From Turneriella sp. (GTDB taxonomy: Bacteria; Spirochaetota; Leptospiria; Turneriellales; Turneriellaceae), in contig CBDIID010000003.1 in the NCBI GenBank assembly GCA_965279515.1, forward strand, positions 4,064,001-4,128,000: DNA of 64,000 bases. Direction: 5' to 3'. The notes under the pieces were generated by a model that had not been told where the DNA came from, ran no database searches, and was given only the letters and a program-made list of their open reading frames with translations. Each line of letters opens with the position of its first letter. Positions within the stretch are counted from its first letter, which is position 1. A program made the position numbers and the translations under genes. Of the stretch, positions 48,045 to 58,234 are shown one piece after another.

Positions 48045-48692
48045 TTAGTTGAGATCGTTATCGACGGCGAAACGTATGAGGCCCGAAAGAGTATTGATAC
48101 GAAGTTTGGTTTTCATGTTTAGCCGGTGTGTTTCAACCGTTCTGAAATTTATTCCCATGCGCTCGCCGATTTCCTTGCAACTCATACCCTGCGCAGTGAG
48201 GCGGAGCACTTCCCGTTCTTTTTTCGTCAGTATTTCGGAAGCCACCGTTTTTTCCACGTCCAGGCTTAGATTATCGAGCATCACGGAGGTCAGCTCAGGG
48301 CAGAGGTATTTCCGGCCGGCAAAAACCTCATCGATTGCCCGCGACAAACGGGCCATAGCGTCTTCTTTCAATACATATCCACGGGCGCCTTTGGCGAATG
48401 CTTTTTTTACAAAAGCGCGGTCGCTATGTGAAGTGAGTACAACAGGTCTTACTTTGGGAAATTTTTCGCGCATTTTCTCAAGCGCTTCAAAGCCATTCAT
48501 CTGCGGCATGGCCAGATCCATAATGACAACATCGCAGGGCACAGAGGCCAGTTTGCTGAGTAATTCCGTCCCGTCAGAGGCTTCAGCAACAACCTGGTAT
48601 TGGGGTTTTGACTCGATCAGTAGTTTTAATCCCGCACGTATCAGCTTGTGGTCGTCAGCAAGGATTAAGCGGCATTTTTTGGTATTATTCAC
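48045..48692 (-). CDS. NarL/NreC-family DNA-binding response regulator
   Basis: ADDH, MDLAMP, INFRTVETHRLNMKTKL. Confidence 0.9.
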   Translation of the reverse strand: MNNTKKCRLILADDHKLIRAGLKLLIESKPQYQVVAEASDGTELLSKLASVPCDVVIMDLAMPQMNGFEALEKMREKFPKVRPVVLTSHSDRAFVKKAFAKGARGYVLKEDAMARLSRAIDEVFAGRKYLCPELTSVMLDNLSLDVEKTVASEILTKKEREVLRLTAQGMSCKEIGERMGINFRTVETHRLNMKTKLRINTLSGLIRFAVDNDLN

Positions 48693-48806
48693 GGTAACTA
48701 TTTCCGGAAAAAAGGTTGGCTATACCTTGTTACTACCGTCCCAAAAGATAAACAACAATATGCGGGCAATCACAATGAACGTGAGTCTCGTTTGATATGA
48801 TATGAT

Positions 48807-49292
48807 ATGATACAGAAAGAATTAATACTCGATATTTATCTGCATCCCAACGAAATGTATTGGGGTGACGGCGAAACACGCATTAAAACCGTGCTCGGCT
48901 CCTGCATTGCCATATGCATGTGGCACCCCGGTCGAAAGGTCGGTGGAATGAGCCATTCGCTCTTGCCCACAAGGCGTAATCCCGAAGATAAAAAAGTCAA
49001 AGCCGACCCCCGTTTCGTTGACGAAGCCGTAGAACTCTTTGTGAAGGCGGTACTGGAGTCAGGACTTAAACCTGCGGAATTCAAAGTAAAAATATTCGGT
49101 GGAGCTAACCTGCTTGCCACGAATCGCGAAGAAGCTACGATTGGCGAACAAAACAGGGAAATCGCCTATGCAGCGCTGGAAAAACATGGTTTCTTCGTTT
49201 TTTCTGAACATACGGGGGGTGCGGAAACGAGAAATGTAATACTCGACCTGTGGAGCGGTGAAACTTGGCTCCGGAGCATTGTGAAACAGTGA
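48807..49292 (+). CDS. cheD: Chemoreceptor glutamine deamidase CheD
   Basis: TVLGSCIA, GGMSHSLLP, KIFGGA. Confidence 0.92.
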   Translation: MIQKELILDIYLHPNEMYWGDGETRIKTVLGSCIAICMWHPGRKVGGMSHSLLPTRRNPEDKKVKADPRFVDEAVELFVKAVLESGLKPAEFKVKIFGGANLLATNREEATIGEQNREIAYAALEKHGFFVFSEHTGGAETRNVILDLWSGETWLRSIVKQ

Positions 49293-50335
49293 AAAAAATC
49301 AACGTTATGGTCATCGACGATTCTGCGTTGATCCGGCAGCTCTTGACCGATCTCCTGCCGCAGGATCCGGAAATTGGCAGTGTCGATTCGGCGCCGGACC
49401 CCCTGTTTGCGCTCCGTAAAATGGAAAAGCTGTGGCCCGATGTCATAGTCCTGGATATCGAAATGCCGCGCATGAACGGAATCGAGTTTTCGCGAAAAAT
49501 TATGCGGGAGCGCCCGACACCCATAGTAATCTTGTCGTCAAAGACCGAAAATAATCTGGCACTGGGACTCGAAGCGCTGAAAAACGGTGCCGTCGAACTG
49601 ATCCATAAACCCGAATCAGGAATTAAGGATTTCATCGAGACATCCGCGCACTCGCTGCTCGACGCCGTCAAAGCTGCCGCGGCTTCGCGACCGGCAGCCC
49701 CGGCTGCGCAGGTTTCCGCGCCGCGCCGCAACGTCGTCAAGAAGGTCGGAGGGCTGGCTCAAAAGGCCGATAGAATCATACTAATGGGCGCATCGACTGG
49801 CGGTACATCTGCAATTGAAGAAATCTTTTCGCGCATTGATTTTCCCCATTGTCCGATTGTCATCGTCCAACATATGCCTGCGGGTTTTACACGGGCCTTT
49901 GCGGAACGCCTCGACAGAAATTACGCTTCGAATTTCTCAGAAGCGGTCGATGGCCAAAGACTCAATCACAACTGTGTTTATATCGCACCTGGCGGATTAC
50001 AGACGGAGATATCCCGGCGGGCCGGAGAAGTGTTCCTGACAGTTTCTGATAAGCCTCCCGTAAACCGCCATAAACCATCTGTGGATGTTCTCTTCCATTC
50101 ATCGGCAATGATGCCTGACACGCGTTTTCTCGGCATTTTACTGACAGGAATGGGGGCCGACGGCGCGCTGGGTATGGTGGAAATGAAAAAAAATGGTGCC
50201 TTAACGATCGCGCAAGACGCCGAGAGCTGCGTGGTATTCGGCATGCCAGCCGCCGCCATCGCCCAAGGTGGAACCACTCAAGTGAAGGCGCTCACCGAAA
50301 TCTGGCAGGAAATCGCCGCCTTCTGTGGTCACTAA
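49289..50335 (+). CDS. cheB: Chemotaxis methylesterase CheB
   Basis: Receiver plus GASTGG, VQHMP, TGMGADGA; GTGA overlap with cheD. Confidence 0.93.
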   Translation: MKKINVMVIDDSALIRQLLTDLLPQDPEIGSVDSAPDPLFALRKMEKLWPDVIVLDIEMPRMNGIEFSRKIMRERPTPIVILSSKTENNLALGLEALKNGAVELIHKPESGIKDFIETSAHSLLDAVKAAAASRPAAPAAQVSAPRRNVVKKVGGLAQKADRIILMGASTGGTSAIEEIFSRIDFPHCPIVIVQHMPAGFTRAFAERLDRNYASNFSEAVDGQRLNHNCVYIAPGGLQTEISRRAGEVFLTVSDKPPVNRHKPSVDVLFHSSAMMPDTRFLGILLTGMGADGALGMVEMKKNGALTIAQDAESCVVFGMPAAAIAQGGTTQVKALTEIWQEIAAFCGH

Positions 50336-50464
50336 GAACCCAGGTAAATAAAACTGCAAGAGATTTGGCTAGGTAATTTCTGAAAAAGCAAAATTAGGAG
50401 TGCTTGAGTCATCGCAAGCGCGTATTCCCTCGTGCGGCCTTGAACGCGCATGACTTTTCAAAAA

Positions 50465-50944
50465 TTACCCAGGTTCTGATTGTCCTGGGCTAGCCTCATC
50501 GGCGCTATTTTTTTCCGGTTTTCGATTTAGGTACCTTAATACTTTAATCAAGCTAAGTAAATTTTCCGGAGGAATTCCCTCATGGCCCGAAGATGTGAAG
50601 GTGTCCACAACGTCACGGATTGGTCGCGCTAAGTTCTTACGGTCGTCATAGTACATAGTCCATATCGGTAAAATTCTTTGATCGGAGCTTGCCTAGCAGA
50701 CAACCTTTACCATTGAATGCCTGTCGTCGTGAGCAATGTTTCTGAACAGAGTCCTGACATCAGTCTCACGACCCTCTATTAACTGAAAAAATGTATGATC
50801 ACCATACGTTAGAAAGCCTGTCACATTAAATTCTCCGTTGCGCTTTCTTGCATGGTAGAGCAAATTTCTCACCTTGGAAGAATTCATCGTCGGTGAAGCG
50901 GTGCTAACATAAACCAAGTGAAAAATCTTATCTGGAGCTGCCAT
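50465..50944 (-). pseudogene. BLUF photoreceptor gene interrupted by one in-frame TAG (50693..50695)
   Basis: LVYVS, RKRN, TGFL, FFQLIEG, DDRH, then * and ASSDQRILPIWTM in the same frame. Confidence 0.8.
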
Positions 50945-51012
50945 GATTACCTCTTGTGTGAAAATTTTTCATTTTTTTAGGGACTTTTTTTGACCGGGAT
51001 TGCAGAAATGTT

Positions 51013-51396
51013 TTATTCCGCGGCGCCGATGATTTTCTCCACGACTGACAGTACCCTTGCAGGTAAGAATGGTTTTACCATCCACGCCGAAGCTCCGGCC
51101 AATTGACCTTCTGTACGTTTTTCTTCACTACTTTCGGTCGTCAGCATTACGATGGGCGCAAATTTGAAGGCTTCGTAGGACGAATCATTTTTCATCGCCT
51201 TGACAAAATCAATGCCGTTAAGATTTGGCATATTTACGTCGCAGATGATGAGATTCGGGCTAAATGAGACTACGTTGTCGAGAGCCATTTTTCCATCTTC
51301 TGCGGTATGAACCTCGTATCCGGCGGCTTCTAACGTAACGCTGACTAATTGACGAATCGTTCTTGAATCGTCCACGACCATAACTTTTTTTGCCAT
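51013..51396 (-). CDS. cheY: CheY-like response regulator
   Basis: VVDDS, ICDVNMP, MLTTES, WMVKPF; AGGAGG RBS. Confidence 0.88.
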   Translation of the reverse strand: MAKKVMVVDDSRTIRQLVSVTLEAAGYEVHTAEDGKMALDNVVSFSPNLIICDVNMPNLNGIDFVKAMKNDSSYEAFKFAPIVMLTTESSEEKRTEGQLAGASAWMVKPFLPARVLSVVEKIIGAAE

Positions 51397-51415
51397 AATT
51401 TTCCTCCTAAGGATT

Positions 51416-52570
51416 TTAAAAAAATTCCACCTCTCCAGGCTTGTTGCTGTAGGTCTGAAGCAGTTCCGCTTCGGTGAGTGCTGTCGCGATCGGAGCATCT
51501 GCTTTCATATTTAACACGCAGTATAATGTAAGTACTTCCGATTTTTCCCGGACTTTATGCAGCTTGACCTGCTTCACCTCAAGCTGAGGGCGCAATGCCT
51601 CGCAGGTCTCGGCGTCGATCAGGATATCCACACTTGCCTGTCCTGTCCACGATTGCAGCTTCTCTGCGAGGTCCACCGGATCGCCCAGAATCGTGTGCTC
51701 TTTCCGGTATTTGGAACCAACGTTTCCGGCAAAAAATTTTCCGGTACTGATGCCGATGCCGTACGAAATCGGTTCAGTCACGAAAACAGGTCGCCGGTCG
51801 TTATAGGCTCTCATGAAATTCCGTATCTCAAGGGAGCATTTTACGGCGTTGTATGTGTCATTATTGTAGAACACAGGATAGCCAAATGTTGCCAGAATAC
51901 CATCTCCGGTATATTTCGTCAGCGAACCGTGGTTGGCATAAACGATGGCAGCGACACCTTCAAACAAGGATGACAGAAAAACCGCGAAGTCGTCAGGAGG
52001 TAAGTCCTTGCTGATCTCCTCCGGTATTTTGAGTTCAAAGTGAAATACTGAGGCATAAGTCAGAATGCCTTTGTCGTCACCCTGAAGTCTGCCGCCCAGC
52101 AGATGGTCACGAATATCGCGCGAAAAATACTTTCCCAGAATCTGAGTGTTGCGGGTGAGTTCAGTGATTTTTGCTTCGAGGCCTTTGCGATTCTGCAGCT
52201 TACCGAAAGCGCGCTCAATTAACAGTGAGAATTCATGGAGATCGATAGGTTTTTGGAGAATTTGGGTAACACCGTTTTTTAACGCGAGTATACGGGCCTG
52301 CGCCGGCAGGGGTGCACTGGTGAGCAGATAAATTTCAATCCCTGCGTCGAGATGGTTTTCTGCTATCTTGGTGAGCAGAGCAAACTGTTCCTTGGGATCG
52401 TCGTCGAGATCCAGAACCAGGATATCCGCCTGTCTTTCCTGCAGCTTCACGTAGCAGGTATCCAGATTGTTTGCCTGGAAAATCCGGCAATCCAGAATCT
52501 GCCCGAAATCGAGAAGTTTCTCCGTATCGCTGTTGCCGGTGTATAAGATGTTGATTGCTGTTTCAGTCAT
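51416..52570 (-). CDS. Receiver plus degenerate class III cyclase
   Basis: LVLD/T/KP receiver retained; cyclase motifs FHFEL, KEHTILGDPVDLAEK altered. Confidence 0.82.
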   Translation of the reverse strand: MTETAINILYTGNSDTEKLLDFGQILDCRIFQANNLDTCYVKLQERQADILVLDLDDDPKEQFALLTKIAENHLDAGIEIYLLTSAPLPAQARILALKNGVTQILQKPIDLHEFSLLIERAFGKLQNRKGLEAKITELTRNTQILGKYFSRDIRDHLLGGRLQGDDKGILTYASVFHFELKIPEEISKDLPPDDFAVFLSSLFEGVAAIVYANHGSLTKYTGDGILATFGYPVFYNNDTYNAVKCSLEIRNFMRAYNDRRPVFVTEPISYGIGISTGKFFAGNVGSKYRKEHTILGDPVDLAEKLQSWTGQASVDILIDAETCEALRPQLEVKQVKLHKVREKSEVLTLYCVLNMKADAPIATALTEAELLQTYSNKPGEVEFF

Positions 52571-52573
52571 CGG

Positions 52574-53077
52574 TTAATTCCTTTTCCCTGCTGTCATATC
52601 ACGCAGTTGCTGTATTTCCTCTACATCGAGTAAACGGGCGATGTTTAGGAGCAATACGAATTTTCCGGCAATTTTACCTACATTGGAAATAAAATCCGCG
52701 CGGATGCGTGTGCCGAAGTTGGGCGAGCCTTCAAGATTGTCCTTTTCGAGGCGTACAACTTCATTAACGGCGTCGACCATGAGGCCCACGTCGAGTTTTG
52801 AACCGTCATAATCCATCTCCGTGACGACGATGCAGGTCATTTTTGTCTGCTCCGTTTTTTCCCAGTCAAAACGCCTGCTTACGTCAAGAACAGGCAGAAC
52901 ATTCCCGCGCAAATTCAGGATGCCCTTAATAAATTCGGGCATCAGTGGAATGGGTGTCACATTACCATACGCCATGATTTCCTTGGCGTGATTGATGTTT
53001 AATCCAAATGCCTGATCTTTTACCCGAAAAGTCAGGAACTGGCCGCTGAGGTAACTGGTGGCTGTTTCGGTTGCCAT
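52574..53077 (-). CDS. cheW: Chemotaxis adaptor CheW
   Basis: FLTF, GILNLRGNVLPV, GLMVDAV. Confidence 0.93.
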   Translation of the reverse strand: MATETATSYLSGQFLTFRVKDQAFGLNINHAKEIMAYGNVTPIPLMPEFIKGILNLRGNVLPVLDVSRRFDWEKTEQTKMTCIVVTEMDYDGSKLDVGLMVDAVNEVVRLEKDNLEGSPNFGTRIRADFISNVGKIAGKFVLLLNIARLLDVEEIQQLRDMTAGKRN

Positions 53078-53083
53078 ATTACC

Positions 53084-55330
53084 TCAGTCAAACTTCACGA
53101 ATTGCGCCCGCGATTCCGGTAGCTTGGGAACTGCTGGTAGTTTCACATGGCCGTTGCCGTTTGCCATGTGATTTTGTTTCTGGGCCTGAACGGCCTCGGT
53201 TTTTTTGGGCGCCGTTTTTGCCACTGCATATTGCTGTGACAGGGTGAAGAAGCCGATCGTCTCCTGCAGGGCCGAAGCCTGCGCATTCAATTCTTCGGCG
53301 GTGCTGGCCATTTCTTCAGAAGCAGATGCATTGGTCTGTGTGACTGAATCCAATTGCTGCATCGACTGCTGCATTTGGTCCACGCCAATTTTCTGTTGCT
53401 GTGACGCGGCGTTGACTTCCTGTACTAATTCAGCGGTTTTCTTTATGGTGGGCACGATTATTTCCAGAAGCTCGCCGGCTTTTTCCGTAACTCCGACACT
53501 GCGCTGTACGAGGCCACCAATTTCCTGCGCGGCCGCCCGACTGCGTTCTGCGAGTTCGCGCACTTCTGATGCCACAACTGCAAAGCCGCGGCCGTGTTCG
53601 CCTGCCCGGGCAGCTTCGATAGCCGCATTCAGGGCCAATAGATTAGTCTGGTAAGCGATTTCCTCTACGAGCTCGATTTTCTTGGAAATGTCGCGCATGA
53701 CTTTCACGGTTTCGTTGACTGCTTCACCACCTTCCACAGCCTTCTTCGCCGCATCGACTGCAATGTCGCTGGTGCGCTTTGTGTTCTCGGTGTTTTGTGC
53801 GATTGTCGCGACCATCTCTTCGAGCGAGGCGGAGCTTTCTTCAACGTTAGCAGCCGCTTCGGTTGCCGCCTGGCTTAGGCCCTGCGCGGAGCTGTTAATC
53901 TGCTCTGAGGCACTCTGCACCCCAAGCACGGCCGAAAGAATACCACTCATAGAAGATTCAAGTTGCTCCATCGCACTGTTGAGGTTGTCCCTGATTTTAT
54001 TGAATTCCGGATCAAATTCCCCTTTGACGCGAGTGCCCAATATGCCTTTTTGCAGTTCTTCAAGGCTGGCGCTGATTCTTACAACGGCGTTTTTTTTCTG
54101 GGTGATATCGGTTGCGTACTTCACAACTTTGAACGGTTTGCCGTTGAGGTCAAAAATCGGATTGTACGTTGCCTGCAGCCAGATTTCTTTTCCGCCTTTT
54201 CCGATGCGACGGTATTCGTTGGCCTGAAACTCACCCTGGTTGAGCTTCGCCCAAAAGCTCCGGTATTCCTCGCCGACGGCATATCCAGGTTCAACGAACA
54301 TACGGTGGTGTTGCCCCTGAATTTCGGGTAAAGTATAACCCACCGCACCGAGGAATGCTGCGTTGGCTGTAATAATAGTACCATCGAGTTTAAATTCGAT
54401 AACAGCCTGTGACTTCTGTATGGCATCGAGTTGGCCCGTGAAATCCGCATTGCGCATCTTTTGTTCCGTGATATCGATAGCGAATTTGACAACTTTCCAC
54501 ACCTTACCCGACGGATCCAAAACGGGATTGTACGCGCCCTGAATCCAAACCTCGCGGCCGCCTTTGGCGATCCTTTTGAATTCGCCTGACTGGTACTGGC
54601 CCTGATTTAACTTGTTCCAGAAAAGCCGGTAATCTTCGCCCGCTGCCGTCGCGGGGTCGACAAAGATCCGGTGGTGCTGACCTGCAACCTCACTCTGATC
54701 GTAGCCCATGAGGCTGAGGAAATTTTTATTCGCGCGTACGATCGTACCGTCGAGTTTGAACTCGACAATTGCCTGCGTTTTATCAACTGCGTCAAGTTGC
54801 CCCGTAAAGTTCGCATATTCTTTTTTCTTTTCCGTGATATCGGTGGCGAATTTTACAATCTTCACAAGTTTTCGGCCCTCAAAAACAGGATTGTAGGCGC
54901 CTTGAATCCAGACCTCGTGTCCGTCCCGTGCGATACGTTTGAATTCGCCGGAGTTATACTCCCCCGAATTCAGGCGACTCCAGAATGATCTGTATTCATC
55001 GCTTGACGAGTATGCGTTGTCGACGAAGATACGGTGGTGTTTTCCCTGGATATCTGCCAGAGAATACCCCATCAGGTTCAGAAAATTTTCATTTGCGGTG
55101 ATAATAGTGCCGTCGGTCCTGAATTCAATGACAGCCTGCGATTTATTGATAGCCTCAATCTTGCCCTCTAAATCGCTTATTTTACCTCCACCGCGCCGGC
55201 GCAAAAACAAAAAGACCGCGAGCGCTCCCATCAGAAGCAGCCCTGCTGCCAACACGATGATGAGCAGTGACTCATTTCCACGCTGTGGCAACCCTTCCAC
55301 CATCAGAAATACCAGATTATTGAAATTCAT
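53084..55330 (-). CDS. Methyl-accepting chemotaxis protein with one TM and three PAS domains
   Basis: Three GQHH/GKHH PAS repeats; [27 protein letters not shown] hairpin. Confidence 0.95.
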   Translation of the reverse strand: MNFNNLVFLMVEGLPQRGNESLLIIVLAAGLLLMGALAVFLFLRRRGGGKISDLEGKIEAINKSQAVIEFRTDGTIITANENFLNLMGYSLADIQGKHHRIFVDNAYSSSDEYRSFWSRLNSGEYNSGEFKRIARDGHEVWIQGAYNPVFEGRKLVKIVKFATDITEKKKEYANFTGQLDAVDKTQAIVEFKLDGTIVRANKNFLSLMGYDQSEVAGQHHRIFVDPATAAGEDYRLFWNKLNQGQYQSGEFKRIAKGGREVWIQGAYNPVLDPSGKVWKVVKFAIDITEQKMRNADFTGQLDAIQKSQAVIEFKLDGTIITANAAFLGAVGYTLPEIQGQHHRMFVEPGYAVGEEYRSFWAKLNQGEFQANEYRRIGKGGKEIWLQATYNPIFDLNGKPFKVVKYATDITQKKNAVVRISASLEELQKGILGTRVKGEFDPEFNKIRDNLNSAMEQLESSMSGILSAVLGVQSASEQINSSAQGLSQAATEAAANVEESSASLEEMVATIAQNTENTKRTSDIAVDAAKKAVEGGEAVNETVKVMRDISKKIELVEEIAYQTNLLALNAAIEAARAGEHGRGFAVVASEVRELAERSRAAAQEIGGLVQRSVGVTEKAGELLEIIVPTIKKTAELVQEVNAASQQQKIGVDQMQQSMQQLDSVTQTNASASEEMASTAEELNAQASALQETIGFFTLSQQYAVAKTAPKKTEAVQAQKQNHMANGNGHVKLPAVPKLPESRAQFVKFD

Positions 55331-55347
55331 TTTTCCTCCATAACATT

Positions 55348-57291
55348 TTACGATTGCAGTTTCGATTTTTCATCGGTAATTAACTCGACGATTCCCTGAA
55401 TATCGACTATCAGAGCCATATCTCCGTCTCCGAGTATGGTAGCCCCGCCGAGACCGGGGATTCCCGAAAGAAATCCATTCAGGGGTTTGATCACGGTCTG
55501 ATATTCACCGAGGGGTTCATCGACAACAATGCCAATCCTTGCCGCACCCCACTGAATGACGACCAGGCTCTCACGGTCTATTTGTTTGCCCGGGATGTGG
55601 AAAATTTGTTTGAGCCGCACGTAGGGAAGAACCTCGCCGCGCAGATTGAAAAGCTGGCTTTCATACTCGGATTTTTTTTCCGCATCCTGCCTGAAATCGA
55701 TGCACTCTTTGATGGCTTCCAGGGGAATAATGAATCTCTGACTCTCTGACCGCACGAGAAAACCGTCGATGATGGCGAGGGTAAGGGGTAAGGCGATACG
55801 CATTGTCGTACCTTTGCCCTCTTCAGAATAGATGCGGATCGTACCACGCAGCGCTTCGATGTTCTTCTTCACGACATCCATGCCCACGCCGCGGCCTGAA
55901 AGCTCGGTTACGGTGTCAGCGGTTGAGAAACCGGGTTGCAGAATAAATTGCTGTATCTCCGTCGCCGAATATTCGCGATCTTCACCGGCGATGCCGCGTT
56001 CACGCGCTTTTTGAAGGATTTTCTGGTAGTTAAGACCGCGCCCATCATCTGTAATCTCAATGACGATGGTGCCGGCTTCATGAAAAGCCGTGAGAGAGAT
56101 TGTGCCTGATCTGGCTTTGCCACGTTCTTCGCGTTCCTCGGCTGATTCGATCCCGTGATCTATTGCATTACGTATGATGTGCACCAGCGGATCGTTAATT
56201 TTTTCAATGACGTTTTTATCGAGTTCGGTTTCCTCACCGTGGAAAGCGATCGTGATTTCCTTGCCAATTCGCGCCGCAGTATCACGAACGATGCGCTCCA
56301 TTTTCCGGAATGTTGCACCTATGGGAACCATCCGCAGATTCATCGCCAGTTCGCGGACGTTCTCCACAAGCCGCGACATTTCCTTCACTGGTTTCAGGAA
56401 AGCCCGCACCTGGTGTGCCTGAACCAATTGCTGCAGGCTGCTGTTTTTCATAACCAATTCGCCGACTAAATTGACGAAATCATCAAGTTTGCCGGCGTCC
56501 ACGCGGATCGAGTGCCCCGTACGCGTTTTCGCTTCCTGCTTGGGGATACTTCCGTGTATAACTGCCGCGCCCTCTGGCTCTGCCTGCCGGATCGCAGTGA
56601 TCGTGGCCTGGGATTTCAGGAATTCAAATGCTTCATCGATAACGGTTGCGGCTGTGACAGCATTGACATGCTCAGAAAATTGAATGCCTATTTTCAGATA
56701 ACACGATTCCGGATCGTAGTTTTCGGCAAGGGGAATGGAGTCCGGATAGACCCATACCGAATCGACATCGCTGTTTTTCAGCAGATAGCCCAAGGCGTTT
56801 TCGAGCGACATGCGCGAGCGGAAGAGATCCTCGCTGGTGGCGATGGAATAACTTAAGGGCGCGGGTCTCGATGCCGGAGTTGCAAGAAGCTGGTTGAGCC
56901 GCAGCATCAGGGCATTGCTGATTGCTGTGAGCTCCGTGTCGGCCGGTCCGGTATTTTCAGCCTCGGTATAATAAGCCAGTAATGCCTGCAGGTGGTCATA
57001 ACCATTAAAGAGTAGTGTCGTAAGTTCCCTTGTAAGTACAAGGTTTTGACTGCGCAGCGCATCCAGAACATTCTCCATGGTATGCGCAAAACGGATGAGT
57101 TCGTCGTAAGCAAAAACGGCTCCAGACCCTTTGATCGTGTGCACGGCGCGAAAAGCTGTGTGGATGGACTCCATATTAGAAGTATCTTTCTCCAGATCCA
57201 GGAGCGCACGCTCAAATGCTGTCATGTGCTCTCTCGCATCTTCAAGATACGCAGAACGCAGATTATCCATGTTGATCTGAAGGTTTGCCAT
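55348..57291 (-). CDS. cheA: Chemotaxis histidine kinase CheA
   Basis: [26 protein letters not shown], CheW-like P5 domain. Confidence 0.95.
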   Translation of the reverse strand: MANLQINMDNLRSAYLEDAREHMTAFERALLDLEKDTSNMESIHTAFRAVHTIKGSGAVFAYDELIRFAHTMENVLDALRSQNLVLTRELTTLLFNGYDHLQALLAYYTEAENTGPADTELTAISNALMLRLNQLLATPASRPAPLSYSIATSEDLFRSRMSLENALGYLLKNSDVDSVWVYPDSIPLAENYDPESCYLKIGIQFSEHVNAVTAATVIDEAFEFLKSQATITAIRQAEPEGAAVIHGSIPKQEAKTRTGHSIRVDAGKLDDFVNLVGELVMKNSSLQQLVQAHQVRAFLKPVKEMSRLVENVRELAMNLRMVPIGATFRKMERIVRDTAARIGKEITIAFHGEETELDKNVIEKINDPLVHIIRNAIDHGIESAEEREERGKARSGTISLTAFHEAGTIVIEITDDGRGLNYQKILQKARERGIAGEDREYSATEIQQFILQPGFSTADTVTELSGRGVGMDVVKKNIEALRGTIRIYSEEGKGTTMRIALPLTLAIIDGFLVRSESQRFIIPLEAIKECIDFRQDAEKKSEYESQLFNLRGEVLPYVRLKQIFHIPGKQIDRESLVVIQWGAARIGIVVDEPLGEYQTVIKPLNGFLSGIPGLGGATILGDGDMALIVDIQGIVELITDEKSKLQS

Positions 57292-57659
57292 TAGAACTCC
57301 TGTGGGGCTACCCCATAGCGAAATCGGCTGCCAGCTTCCGGACCTTTCTGTAAAACAATTTTATCCCGAAACAGCCCGGTGACTCCGTACATCTCGATCA
57401 GTTTAAGAGCGGGGGCGGAATGGTTGATGAATTTTACTTTCGTTCGCGTCAGGTGTGCGTTTTTCTTAAGCACTGCCAGAAGTTGAATTCCCGCTGTATC
57501 GATATCATCCAGAGATTTCAGATCCAAAACGAGCATGTCATAGGCACGCAGGTATGGAAAAATATCCAGCCAGGCGTTTTTGACAGACATCGCTGTGAGC
57601 GGTCCGGCGCATGTGATGACGCAGCGCCGGTCCTTATCGTAGGTCTTCTCAATGCGCAT
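57291..57659 (-). CDS. STAS domain protein
   Basis: LDLKSLDDIDTAGIQLL. Confidence 0.85.
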   Translation of the reverse strand: MRIEKTYDKDRRCVITCAGPLTAMSVKNAWLDIFPYLRAYDMLVLDLKSLDDIDTAGIQLLAVLKKNAHLTRTKVKFINHSAPALKLIEMYGVTGLFRDKIVLQKGPEAGSRFRYGVAPQEF

Positions 57660-57957
57660 CGATGAGTTTTGCAAAGTAACCTGAAAAGTTAAGATCCCGG
57701 ATCAGACCGATAATTTTAGGCGTACTTTCAAGGTTTGCCGGTAGGGTGTTTTGCTGTAGTTTTAACCCCAGAGATGCAAGAACGCTAAGGTTCTGCATGG
57801 AAAGCACCGAATCATCGTATACGCGCACGGTTACGTTCTCCAGCTTTTCCTGGTCGAGCACGTATTCCAGTTCTGTCCAAATCTTGTATGTCCCCTTATC
57901 GAGATCTGTTTTCTCCAGGGATAAAAAAAGCTTATTGCTATTTCTGACTAAATTCAT
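57649..57957 (-). CDS. Divergent STAS-like protein
   Basis: GGAGG RBS, first gene of the che operon, STAS-like size and pattern. Confidence 0.6.
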   Translation of the reverse strand: MNLVRNSNKLFLSLEKTDLDKGTYKIWTELEYVLDQEKLENVTVRVYDDSVLSMQNLSVLASLGLKLQQNTLPANLESTPKIIGLIRDLNFSGYFAKLIDAH

Positions 57958-58004
57958 TTGCGTTCCTCCCGCGGTGCGTATGATTTAACACATTTTCAGT
58001 CCGG

Positions 58005-58048
58005 TGTCAATTTGCCCATGAACGTAATTTTCTGCGCGGAAACACGCA
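58005..58048 (-). promoter_or_regulatory. Box TGCGTG-TTTC-CGCGCA, 22 bp before TTGACA-17-TAAATC (che operon promoter)
   Basis: Box 58033..58048; -35 at 58005..58010. Confidence 0.55.
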
Positions 58049-58234
58049 GATTTGGGGAAAATTTGATGATTTTTGGCAGCCATCGGGGGTACTTACTGCC
58101 AAAACTTCCCGCTTTTCATGATTGACGGGGTGATCTGTAGCCTGTACGAGTGTGCATCTTATGTCGTAATATTTCCAAAGAAACCGTCTTACACTGCGGG
58201 AATGGGTTTACTTGTCGATGTGAGGTTTAACGAA

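Noticed and set aside
48793..48812. (TGATA)x4 repeat at the cheD start
   Set aside because: Too short to support a slippage-based switch
50693..50695. Pyrrolysine or genome-wide amber recoding
   Set aside because: TAG acts as a normal stop elsewhere in the window (e.g. srkA, SDR) and no pyl genes are seen
53960..55170. Repeated DNA segments inside the MCP gene
   Set aside because: Explained by three tandem PAS domains
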